From Owenia fusiformis (Eukaryota): DNA of 64,000 nucleotides. Position numbers and translations under genes: made by a program. The DNA is taken from positions 806,001 through 870,000 of the forward strand of contig CAIIXF020000001.1 of the NCBI GenBank assembly GCA_903813345.2, given 5' to 3'. The notes under the pieces were generated by a model. It was not told where the DNA came from, did not search any database, and was given only the letters and a program-made list of their open reading frames with translations. The stretch's first letter is position 1, and each line of letters begins with the position of its first letter. Below are positions 44,161-55,164 of the stretch, in pieces.

Positions 44161-44934
44161 CACACACGGGAATTTCGCGTCATAATTATTCCTCCGCTTG
44201 GTGCGCTGTTGTGCATAGCAACGTCCTATGCAACGTGTATAAACATCGCGCGGACGTATAAGTACAACCCGTCAGTTTTTCATGTTTGCAATGAAATTTT
44301 CTATTCAGATAGGTGTTTTAAACTATGATTTTCTTTCATAATATATATTGTTAGATAGGCATGATACATATCATCGTGTTTCTAAAGAATTGCTTATTTT
44401 AATCCTGTTTATTTCAAGTTGATAGGTTCAATATTAGTAAAGTTACGGCTTCACTATGGAGGGGCAATTTCTTCGTAAACTAAAAACCGCATCGTCAGCA
44501 AAGATTTGACGAAAACACAACATTTTTTGCGCCGGTGGCATTTTTTCATTTATGGATGAATCTTTATCAAATTTGAAACATGTTTGAGCTAAATATACAA
44601 ATTGTGTCTTGGCCGAGGCGGAATTTTAAAATTCAAATTACAATTAGAGAAAAAATAGCTAACATGTGTCAAGTTTTACCGCTGATTTTCGAAAAAAATA
44701 TGATGTAATTCCTTATAGAGATGGAAGAAAACGAATTGTTTAAACTGCACAGGATAAAAATATATTAATCCAGATACATGTAAGCTTTATATACAAATCA
44801 TTACATACGTTAAAGGGCATCATCAACTACTAGAAAATCGTGTGTAAAGTTGGACAATATTTGACCCGAATTGACCGGCAAAATGGCCGCGCGCTCGCAA
44901 TAGGAATAATTATGACGCGAAATTCCCGGGTGTG
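44161..44934. mobile_element. CACTA/EnSpm (CMC)-like MITE inserted in the gag leader of unit 1
   Basis: 33-bp TIR CACAC(A/C)CGGGAATTTCGCGTCATAATTATTCCT with a 2-bp TG duplication. The empty site (TTAATG|ATCTCG) is visible in unit 2 at ~52486. Confidence 0.85.
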
Positions 44935-45048
44935 TGATCTCGCTTTGAATATTAATGAGTGAAAATTAGCATAAACGTAAGTAATGGCGTTAAACTGGGC
45001 TTGGGTCAGTACGTCAAGTATTACATCACACCGCTAGGCCAACATTTC

Positions 45049-47611
45049 TGTCACGACCCTCGTGTGGTAGCGTGGTTTGAGGGTCGTAAACAGAATACAG
45101 TCTAAGAGTCAATAGTTTGATTTGAATCTTAATTAATTTAGTTTCGGGACAAGTTCAAGTAAAAGTTGAAATGTGTATCCCTTTCTAATTGAACAACATC
45201 CGTGTTCACAGTATCATAACATAATGGGATCAAATTGGGATAAATTTTGCGATGAAAATTTAGGGATAAATTCTGGGATAAATTTTCCGATGAAAATGTA
45301 GGGATAAATTAGGGATAAATTCTGGGATAAAAATAATTGGGATGAAGTGGGACAATTTCGGGATAACAGTTACGGGATAACAAAATCTGAATATAGACTA
45401 AGTAAGATTTGTCAGTTTTCAATGTAAGTTGTATGTCTCATAAAGGCGAATGGCAACAGACTCCAGATTCTGAATGTGCCCAGTGTTCAGTTGTATCAAA
45501 TAAGTATAATGTTAGGGTGTGAGTATAACCAGGTGGAAGTCCTAGCCACTTGAGGGCTACGATGGACTTCAAGCTGTATATTAAGCTCGCTGTTCACACT
45601 TAAGAACTAAAGTAGGGCCATTTCAAATCACAGCCTGTCAAACTCACTAGGGTGAATGAAATTCTCACTAATATTATCAATAAGACATGTAAGACAAGGG
45701 TTAAATAAGAAAGTAAGATCCTGGATTGTACTTTAGCTCTGCACTATTGCATAGTTTCTGGGGAAATATATGTATGACTTATTGCGAGTGATTGTTATTC
45801 AAAGAAGCCCTTAGCAAATATGAGCTAAGATAAAGCTTGTTGCTTGAATGTTAGTATCACTAAAGTCACCTGGAATTTAGTCGGAATCTATTTTGAATCC
45901 AGAATCTACTTCAGATAAAATGAGGGGGGGGGGATTTTCTAACATATATATAAAAAACAATCGAACACAACAAGTGATATTCTGTGGATTTTTATATAAT
46001 GTATAAAAACGACTCTATTTCTATTTATTAATCTACACAAACATTACACAATTCAGTACTGTCGAGATGGTATATCAAGTAAATAATCTCTCAAACCAAA
46101 CATGCATAAAACAGCACAGTTAATGGAAGTTCAGTTAAACAATTTGCAATAAAGCCTACAACGTGTCTTTTTCCAAAAATGTAACTCAACAGTGCAATTT
46201 TATATCATCCCTGGTGGGGTTGAAATCAGCTCTCTATACCACTCACATGAAAAGTAGATAATCATTTTGCCACTATCAGACTATGGTACAATTGGCAAAC
46301 AAATGGGAAACAGTATTTTAAAAGTATTCTAGTATCTATAATGAATTAGAATGTGATTAACATAGAATTAGACCAGACATGGAAAACTAGAAGGGGAGGG
46401 GGTGTCTTAAGTCCGAAAATGGGGTTCGAATGACAATGACCCTTAAAAGTACTTCAATGATGTTTGATAATGGTCCCATAAGCCCGGGATTTCACCTTTT
46501 AATTACCCAGAATTTAACATACAAATATACAAAGGAGTATTTCTAGTGTATCAATAAAATTTACCCTGTGAACAAACTAAATACAGTCCCAAATTGGATG
46601 GGGGGGGGGAATGTCGTATAGAGGTGTCTATGAACCCCAGGAATTTGCAGTTGACTCTGGTTTAGAGCAAGTTACATAGGTACGTAAAGACCGTAACTTT
46701 TCGTACACCTTGTCAAATATTCCTAAACGATTCCCTGTGGGGATGTTGTATAAAAGGTTTCAACGAACCCAGGGAACTTGCTTTCGACGCTGGTTAAAAA
46801 GTTACATAGGTTCTTTAAGACAAAAACTCTGCGGGTAACTTTGTGTTAACCTTGTCAAATGTTCCTTAACAATCCCTGGGACAATTTAAACATGGGATGT
46901 TCACAAGGCAAATAAATAAAATTAAGGAAAAAATCAAGTGTACAGATACTTCTTTTCAAAGACCAGAACTCTGCAAAAATACAATTAAATCAAGTCAATT
47001 ACCTTTACCAACTCGTACACCTAAGTTGGTTTACCTGAGGCAATATAAATATCCAATTTTAGTGACGATTTAATGTTTAAAATTCCACAAAATGTTTTCC
47101 ATGTCTGGCCGGCTTGAATTCGAATCATAAAAGCCCAGAAAAAGACAATTCACTTAAATCGTGCTTATTTACTTAAATCAAGCTTAATAAGCCTCACTTT
47201 GGATTTTGAAACAAACCCAGACAACTGCCCTTTCTAAAAAGTTTGTAACATAACATTAAAAATGAAACTGGGCCTACAACATTCACATTAAAGTCTTATT
47301 ATGAACAAAATATATATGTTGACATTAATCCTGTAAATAATATTACATTAAAATCACAAGAGAAGGTTAGTAAAAATAAATATAAATATAAATATAGAGT
47401 AAAATGATTAAACTCTAACCATACTTTAAGAGTATAGCCAAAGTAGAAATACTGACTACCCTTTTACAGAATTTAAATTATTTTATAACTCTTTAAATAT
47501 TGAGTAACTAAAAGCACAATTGATAAAGTGAAGAGCAAAAAGTTGAACAAAGTGACAATCCTTCAAGGCAATTCCATTACCATGCTCAAAGTAATCTGAA
47601 GGATCGTCACA
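45049..47611 (-). repeat. LTR 2 (shared middle LTR, 2563 bp)
   Basis: Same TGTCACGA...TCGTCACA sequence, with the PBS-side leader on the left and the PPT on the right. Confidence 0.93.
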
Positions 47612-49315
47612 CTGCTCCCTCTTTAAAAACAGTTCGTCCTCGAACTATGAAATTATAAAGATGAAAAATCATAAACAAACACATTACCTAAAATAAGCAT
47701 TTCACACATCATTTACAACATAGTACTTAGTAAAGGAATTGATAAACATATATACACAATAAAGTTTTAATGTATAATCAGTTTACTACTTAATAAACGT
47801 AAGTCTAAATCAAATACAATGTTAGTTTACACTTTTCTCGATTTCTCACCTGAAATACATAACATAAAAAGGCTTGCATAATCTAATAAACAATCACGTT
47901 TAATTACAAAAAAATGTCTCTAGCAGCATCAGTGTCTTTCATCTTTCTCTTGTAGGTCATGGTTCTTGTGAAGGGTTGAAGTAATATCCATACTTTCTGC
48001 ACTAAGTTTATCAAACATTCTTACCATCACATTCATTGATGATACAGTCATTGTCACTGGTTTCCCACTATAATAGGGGAATGTGTTTAGTATTTGGCAT
48101 GGTCTCTAGTACAATATAAAATTGAGATTGTCAGCCATTCTTTGTGTCCTTCCTCAAAATGCAGAGTCATCACAAAGCTGCAGAATCAATTCTCATACGT
48201 ATAGGGTACATGTCTCTGTTCATAAGCCTTAATTCCCAATATCGTCGCTTCATGGGGTACACCAAATAAGTCACGTTAATCGAACAGCAATCATGATAGT
48301 GTTCATCTGTTCAGATTACTTTTATATAGCATAGTGTACAATATTCATTAGGTTGAAGGTCATCACTTGGTTCATGCTGGGCTGGAATAAAAGTTTTACA
48401 GTCCTGGAAATAAGACTGGTTGTTCACATAGTACAATAATACATTTTGAATATCACACATGTGATATGAATTGGCCAAAAAATAAAGGGTTATCAAATGA
48501 AATTGAATCAATCAAACGTATCTTCAAGATATATCCTTTCACAAACAGTTTCCAATTGGAAGGATTCAGATAATATCTCATAACATTTGTACTGAGAATG
48601 ATTCAACTTCAGTCACCATTGCCCTTTTGGTACAAAGGCAGTTAGGGAGGCGAGGTAGGATTCAAACTTAATGGGCACATCCATTGCAGTGGATGGGGTC
48701 ACAAGCTGGGACAGTTGCTTGAAAGTGGAACTGGGGGTATGAGGGGAACCTACAGTCAGTAGTAGGGAAACACTTCAAAGAGGAAATGGACAGAGCTCTT
48801 GTCCATCGTGGCACTCACCCCCAGAGGGTCACAAGTTCGTCCACCTCATTTAAACAGAAGCAGGGACAAAACTATAATATTGCAATGTCCTTTGGATTTC
48901 AATAGACCTGTTCCTCAAAGCGTAAACAGGCTTCGTGTCTGTAAACATTGGTTGATCAGGCCAATGTTCACAATGAACCCCATTGCTTGAGTAAAGCAGG
49001 TCACTGGTAATCCAGAACATATCGACAATCAAATAATGCCCTGTCTGTGGTCATGTCATCACTACCACTGAGCATTGTAGTTTAAGCTTATCAGGAATCA
49101 AAGCTTCAACAGCTCAGGACATCTGGTAGACATAAGATGAGAAACATCAGGAATGGGACAGGAATGCTTCAGTAAAGAAAAATAAAATTAGTTTTTTTCT
49201 CTTACATTCACATCAAACACATATCGTTTCACCAGCCACTCTTTGGAAGGATATGATGTACCTGTGGTGGCTTGGACTTACTTTACAGATACATTCATGC
49301 AAGTTATCTTAAAAG

Positions 49316-52300
49316 CTAACTTAGCCTACCCTTAAGGGAGGGGCAGGCATTTACACAGTGAGTGTCCTGGGCACAATAGAAGCATACTGTTGCTCCAGGA
49401 ACTTTGGAGTTTGGATGTCTTTTGGTACAATCAAATACTGAATGACTCCCAGAGTCACATATTTTACAGTATTTTCTTTTCAGTTTGGAATCAGGTTTCT
49501 TCTTTGTTATAGTTTGAGTCAGATTTCTGGCTAAAGCCTTTATCTTTTGTTCAACTATTTCCATCACATCACTCTCAGAAAGAGATAATGAGGTAGATGA
49601 GTTAACCTGAGCAGGAGTTGGAGTAGCACATATACCAGGGTCTTGGAAACTTTCAAGTCTATTCTTTCTTCCCCTGAAGAAAGCCTCATATTGTAAAGCC
49701 ATGGTAAGAGCTTCATTGAGGGTTTTAGGGTTAGAAAAAGAAAGCTTGGATTCCAGTTCTTCATTATTCAAAGCATCAATGAAGGCCTGTGTAGCTAGGT
49801 CATCAATTGTCTTCTTTGACATGCTTGACATCCCAAAAGCTTGTCTTGACAATTTTCTTATATCATGGGCTAACTTTTCAAGAGGCTCATTATTTCCCCT
49901 GAACTTATGTTTAAGCTCGGCACGGGCATGGTTACTTTGTTCAGGGGGTTCATAGTTAATTTTCAGGACATTTATGATATTAGCTAAGGTTGGCAGGTCT
50001 TCATCATCCAAATCATCTAAAACATTGACAGCCTCTCCTTCAAGACTCCTCACCAAAAAGATGGCAGATTCTTCATCTGTCCAACCATTTATGTTAGAGA
50101 CAAGTCTAAATTGGATAAGAAAAGCTGAGAGACTGCACTTTCCATTGAAAAGTGGTGCTTTCATTTCCTTTCTAGAAAACGAATTACCTCTTCTTTGCTT
50201 TTCAACTCCAGTATAGGATTCCTGATCAGATGTATTAGGACTGGATATAAACAGATCATTGGGTTTTTCAATCTGTCTGTAGAGACCAGGGGAACTTGGA
50301 TTCACTTTTGATCTACTCATAACTGTAGATCTAAGGGTTGGAAAACTATTTTCCACAGCAGATTCATACTCATCAGAATTATTCATATAGTAAAATGGCC
50401 TTTGGCTTGTTTTTGTATGGTAAGATGGGCATTTCATACTATATTCGACATTATCTGGGTCAGAAAAGTCAACAGCGGTTTCATATTCTGGAGAGGGGAA
50501 TAGTGATTCAGCTTCAGAGGATCTAGTATAATCCTCATTTACCCTCTGTTTGAAGGAGAATTGTTGACAAGGTGTGTACCCATTACTAGCATCCTGGGCT
50601 GATATCTCATAGGAGGGCAAGGCACTTCTGTTATGGCCAGGTATTTGACCATCAAGCCATGAACGTGTCTCCAAATGTGAATCATATGTTTGATCAACAC
50701 TTTTGGGTAGACAATATGGCTGTCTGCAATTGGCAGAAAACTCAGTGCTTTGAGATGATTTGTCTGATAAACTGAACATATCAGATTTATCAACAACTTG
50801 GATTTTGCAAGGAGGGGATTTACTAGATTCACATAAAACTCCATCATTAGGCCTCTTTAAATCTTGTCTACAAAGGGTACTTTCGGGTTGATGCATACAT
50901 TCATAACTTTTAGACTTAATGTCCGAGAATGGAACAGTCTGCTCAGTTAAAAATTCAGCATGTTTCAACTTGTTAGGTTCACTTAATTGAGTAATCTCTT
51001 TTGTTACTTTAGGGACATTTGGAAGCTGGAAATCCCTGTTGAGATCATACGACTCATCAAGTGATAGTGCCTCTTTAGGCAAACCTCTTGTGTATTTAAG
51101 GTCATTACACATTGAGAGTGGTATTCTATCAGATGGGATCAGTAAAGAGCTTTGCAAAGTCTGTTTTAACAGTTCACTCCAATATGCTTCCTGGAGCATG
51201 TCACTCTCATGAGGTACTGGTAGCACCGGAGGAAGGGGTGGAACCTGGTAGTTGACTTGCACATCCTTTACTACTCCCATTTTGCTAGAATGACCTAACA
51301 AATCATAGTTTGGCTTTGTATAGTTATCTTTTCTCTCTTGTTTGACATTAATTGGGGACTTCAGTGTCAAATCACGGGAATGAGAGAAATCTGGGGTCTT
51401 TGGTCTAAATCTGGGAATGTCAGTTATTTTAATTGGGGGAAGTAAGGGTCTAAATGGAGAGGACTGAAATTTGTTTGGCCAGCTCTGTGGCTCACTTTTC
51501 TGATTCGCAGTTGGTAATAGAGGAGAAGTATGCATTGAATGTTTGCTTGGGTTTGAATCAGAAAAACTGCCATGACTTGCAGATCTTCCATGAGTAGAAA
51601 CCTTTGTGGATGTCATTAAACCCTGTCCAGACTTTCTACCAGCTGTATGAGTAGATGCACTGGACGGCTTACCAGGGTAAGCATGAGGGTGTGTTTGGAC
51701 ATCTAAGGGTTTTCTAGATTGGAATGTTCCCCTTGTTGACAGTTTTTCCAATGGCTTTTGCAATTCAGAGGACTTTACAATTTGAGAATCACTTTTCCTT
51801 TCATACTTAGGGTGTAAAATTCTTTGATCATTAGGCCCTAAATCCGTTTTTAAATAGGGGGCTAAACTGAGGGGTGAAAAAGCTTGTTTAGCAGTAGCTC
51901 CTGTTCCATAGGCTGGAAGAGGCTTTAAAGGAGATGTTTTGGATAGCATTCCCCCATAAGCACCTATCAGGGGTTCCCTTTCATGGAACCCAGGTGCACC
52001 AGTTATGGGGGGTTCATATGCCCCACCTCTACTACTCACACTTTTTTCACCATTTTTTGAAAATACCAAATTCATGTCACTTTTTGGGTCTTTAGTCTCC
52101 TGCTTAACCATTTTAAGCAGGGGATTAAACAACCTACCCTTGGGAAGTTGTCTAGGCATATCTAACCGAAATTTAGGAATGCTCGTCAATTTGACAGGCG
52201 GAGAAACCTTAAAATATGGTCTCTTTAATTGGGGTGGTGTAGTTGCTGATGATTCAAGTGGAAGTGTATCGTCTTGAGCCAATTTCAACTCTTGTTCATT

Positions 52301-52468
52301 AAGGTGTTGATGGCCCAATACAACTTCAGAATCATCAAACCACCCGGGGACAATATTGTCAAAAGCTTCCGCCTGTGATTTTTGGCTAGATAAGGGTCTT
52401 TCAGTGGATTCGGACATGGCTAATGGGGTGCGCTTTGCGAGATTAAAGATGTCCGACTTTTCCGACAT
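49316..52468 (-). CDS. Giant Gag-like protein (1050 aa), copy 2
   Basis: The protein matches copy 1 except SAIFMVRS vs SAIFLVRS (nt 41730 vs 50056). Confidence 0.9.
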   Translation of the reverse strand: MSEKSDIFNLAKRTPLAMSESTERPLSSQKSQAEAFDNIVPGWFDDSEVVLGHQHLNEQELKLAQDDTLPLESSATTPPQLKRPYFKVSPPVKLTSIPKFRLDMPRQLPKGRLFNPLLKMVKQETKDPKSDMNLVFSKNGEKSVSSRGGAYEPPITGAPGFHEREPLIGAYGGMLSKTSPLKPLPAYGTGATAKQAFSPLSLAPYLKTDLGPNDQRILHPKYERKSDSQIVKSSELQKPLEKLSTRGTFQSRKPLDVQTHPHAYPGKPSSASTHTAGRKSGQGLMTSTKVSTHGRSASHGSFSDSNPSKHSMHTSPLLPTANQKSEPQSWPNKFQSSPFRPLLPPIKITDIPRFRPKTPDFSHSRDLTLKSPINVKQERKDNYTKPNYDLLGHSSKMGVVKDVQVNYQVPPLPPVLPVPHESDMLQEAYWSELLKQTLQSSLLIPSDRIPLSMCNDLKYTRGLPKEALSLDESYDLNRDFQLPNVPKVTKEITQLSEPNKLKHAEFLTEQTVPFSDIKSKSYECMHQPESTLCRQDLKRPNDGVLCESSKSPPCKIQVVDKSDMFSLSDKSSQSTEFSANCRQPYCLPKSVDQTYDSHLETRSWLDGQIPGHNRSALPSYEISAQDASNGYTPCQQFSFKQRVNEDYTRSSEAESLFPSPEYETAVDFSDPDNVEYSMKCPSYHTKTSQRPFYYMNNSDEYESAVENSFPTLRSTVMSRSKVNPSSPGLYRQIEKPNDLFISSPNTSDQESYTGVEKQRRGNSFSRKEMKAPLFNGKCSLSAFLIQFRLVSNINGWTDEESAIFLVRSLEGEAVNVLDDLDDEDLPTLANIINVLKINYEPPEQSNHARAELKHKFRGNNEPLEKLAHDIRKLSRQAFGMSSMSKKTIDDLATQAFIDALNNEELESKLSFSNPKTLNEALTMALQYEAFFRGRKNRLESFQDPGICATPTPAQVNSSTSLSLSESDVMEIVEQKIKALARNLTQTITKKKPDSKLKRKYCKICDSGSHSVFDCTKRHPNSKVPGATVCFYCAQDTHCVNACPSLKGRLS

Positions 52469-52598
52469 TGTTGATTACAGTTAATGATCTCGCTTTGAAT
52501 ATTAATGAGTGAAAATTAGCATAAACGTAAGTAATGGCGTTAAACTGGGCTTGGGTCAGTACGTCAAGTATTACATCACACCGCTAGGCCAACATTTC

Positions 52599-55164
52599 TG
52601 TCACGACCCTCGTGTGGTAGCGTGGTTTGAGGGTCGTAAACAGAATACAGTCTAAGAGTCAATAGTTTGATTTGAATCTTAATTAATTTAGTTTCGGGAC
52701 AAGTTCAAGTAAAAGTTGAAATGTGTATCCCTTTCTAATTGAACAACATCCGTGTTCACAGTATCATAACATAATGGGATCAAATTGGGATAAATTTTGC
52801 GATGAAAATTTAGGGATAAATTCTGGGATAAATTTTCCGATGAAAATGTAGGGATAAATTAGGGATAAATTCTGGGATAAAAATAATTGGGATGAAGTGG
52901 GACAATTTCGGGATAACAGTTACGGGATAACAAAATCTGAATATAGACTAAGTAAGATTTGTCAGTTTTCAATGTAAGTTGTATGTCTCATAAAGGCGAA
53001 TGGCAACAGACTCCAGATTCTGAATGTGCCCAGTGTTCAGTTGTATCAAATAAGTATAATGTTAGGGTGTGAGTATAACCAGGTGGAAGTCCTAGCCACT
53101 TGAGGGCTACGATGGACTTCAAGCTGTATATTAAGCTCGCTGTTCACACTTAAGAACTAAAGTAGGGCCATTTCAAATCACAGCCTGTCAAACTCACTAG
53201 GGTGAATGAAATTCTCACTAATATTATCAATAAGACATGTAAGACAAGGGTTAAATAAGAAAGTAAGATCCTGGATTGTACTTTAGCTCTGCACTATTGC
53301 ATAGTTTCTGGGGAAATATATGTATGACTTATTGCGAGTGATTGTTATTCAAAGAAGCCCTTAGCAAATATGAGCTAAGATAAAGCTTGTTGCTTGAATG
53401 TTAGTATCACTAAAGTCACCTGGAATTTAGTCGGAATCTATTTTGAATCCAGAATCTACTTCAGATAAAATGAGGGGGGGGGGATTTTCTAACATATATA
53501 TAAAAAACAATCGAACACAACAAGTGATATTCTGTGGATTTTTATATAATGTATAAAAACGACTCTATTTCTATTTATTAATCTACACAAACATTACACA
53601 ATTCAGTACTGTCGAGATGGTATATCAAGTAAATAATCTCTCAAACCAAACATGCATAAAACAGCACAGTTAATGGAAGTTCAGTTAAACAATTTGCAAT
53701 AAAGCCTACAACGTGTCTTTTTCCAAAAATGTAACTCAACAGTGCAATTTTATATCATCCCTGGTGGGGTTGAAATCAGCTCTCTATACCACTCACATGA
53801 AAAGTAGATAATCATTTTGCCACTATCAGACTATGGTACAATTGGCAAACAAATGGGAAACAGTATTTTAAAAGTATTCTAGTATCTATAATGAATTAGA
53901 ATGTGATTAACATAGAATTAGACCAGACATGGAAAACTAGAAGGGGAGGGGGTGTCTTAAGTCCGAAAATGGGGTTCGAATGACAATGACCCTTAAAAGT
54001 ACTTCAATGATGTTTGATAATGGTCCCATAAGCCCGGGATTTCACCTTTTAATTACCCAGAATTTAACATACAAATATACAAAGGAGTATTTCTAGTGTA
54101 TCAATAAAATTTACCCTGTGAACAAACTAAATACAGTCCCAAATTGGATGGGGGGGGGGGGGAATGTCGTATAGAGGTGTCTATGAACCCCAGGAATTTG
54201 CAGTTGACTCTGGTTTAGAGCAAGTTACATAGGTACGTAAAGACCGTAACTTTTCGTACACCTTGTCAAATATTCCTAAACGATTCCCTGTGGGGATGTT
54301 GTATAAAAGGTTTCAACGAACCCAGGGAACTTGCTTTCGACGCTGGTTAAAAAGTTACATAGGTTCTTTAAGACAAAAACTCTGCGGGTAACTTTGTGTT
54401 AACCTTGTCAAATGTTCCTTAACAATCCCTGGGACAATTTAAACATGGGATGTTCACAAGGCAAATAAATAAAATTAAGGAAAAAATCAAGTGTACAGAT
54501 ACTTCTTTTCAAAGACCAGAACTCTGCAAAAATACAATTAAATCAAGTCAATTACCTTTACCAACTCGTACACCTAAGTTGGTTTACCTGAGGCAATATA
54601 AATATCCAATTTTAGTGACGATTTAATGTTTAAAATTCCACAAAATGTTTTCCATGTCTGGCCGGCTTGAATTCGAATCATAAAAGCCCAGAAAAAGACA
54701 ATTCACTTAAATCGTGCTTATTTACTTAAATCAAGCTTAATAAGCCTCACTTTGGATTTTGAAACAAACCCAGACAACTGCCCTTTCTAAAAAGTTTGTA
54801 ACATAACATTAAAAATGAAACTGGGCCTACAACATTCACATTAAAGTCTTATTATGAACAAAATATATATGTTGACATTAATCCTGTAAATAATATTACA
54901 TTAAAATCACAAGAGAAGGTTAGTAAAAATAAATATAAATATAAATATAGAGTAAAATGATTAAACTCTAACCATACTTTAAGAGTATAGCCAAAGTAGA
55001 AATACTGACTACCCTTTTACAGAATTTAAATTATTTTATAACTCTTTAAATATTGAGTAACTAAAAGCACAATTGATAAAGTGAAGAGCAAAAAGTTGAA
55101 CAAAGTGACAATCCTTCAAGGCAATTCCATTACCATGCTCAAAGTAATCTGAAGGATCGTCACA
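52599..55164 (-). repeat. LTR 3 (2566 bp; 5'-most on the element strand)
   Basis: Ends TCGTCACA followed by the GAAC target duplication and unique flank. Confidence 0.93.

Larger units (their letters stand above)
36715..55164 (-). mobile_element. Tandem Gag-only LTR retrotransposon (Ty3/Gypsy-derived): LTR-gag-LTR-gag-LTR
   Basis: Three near-identical TG...CA LTRs, a 4-bp target duplication GAAC (36711-36714 and 55165-55168), a PPT next to the minus-strand 3' LTRs, two gag ORFs and no pol ORF. Confidence 0.93.
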
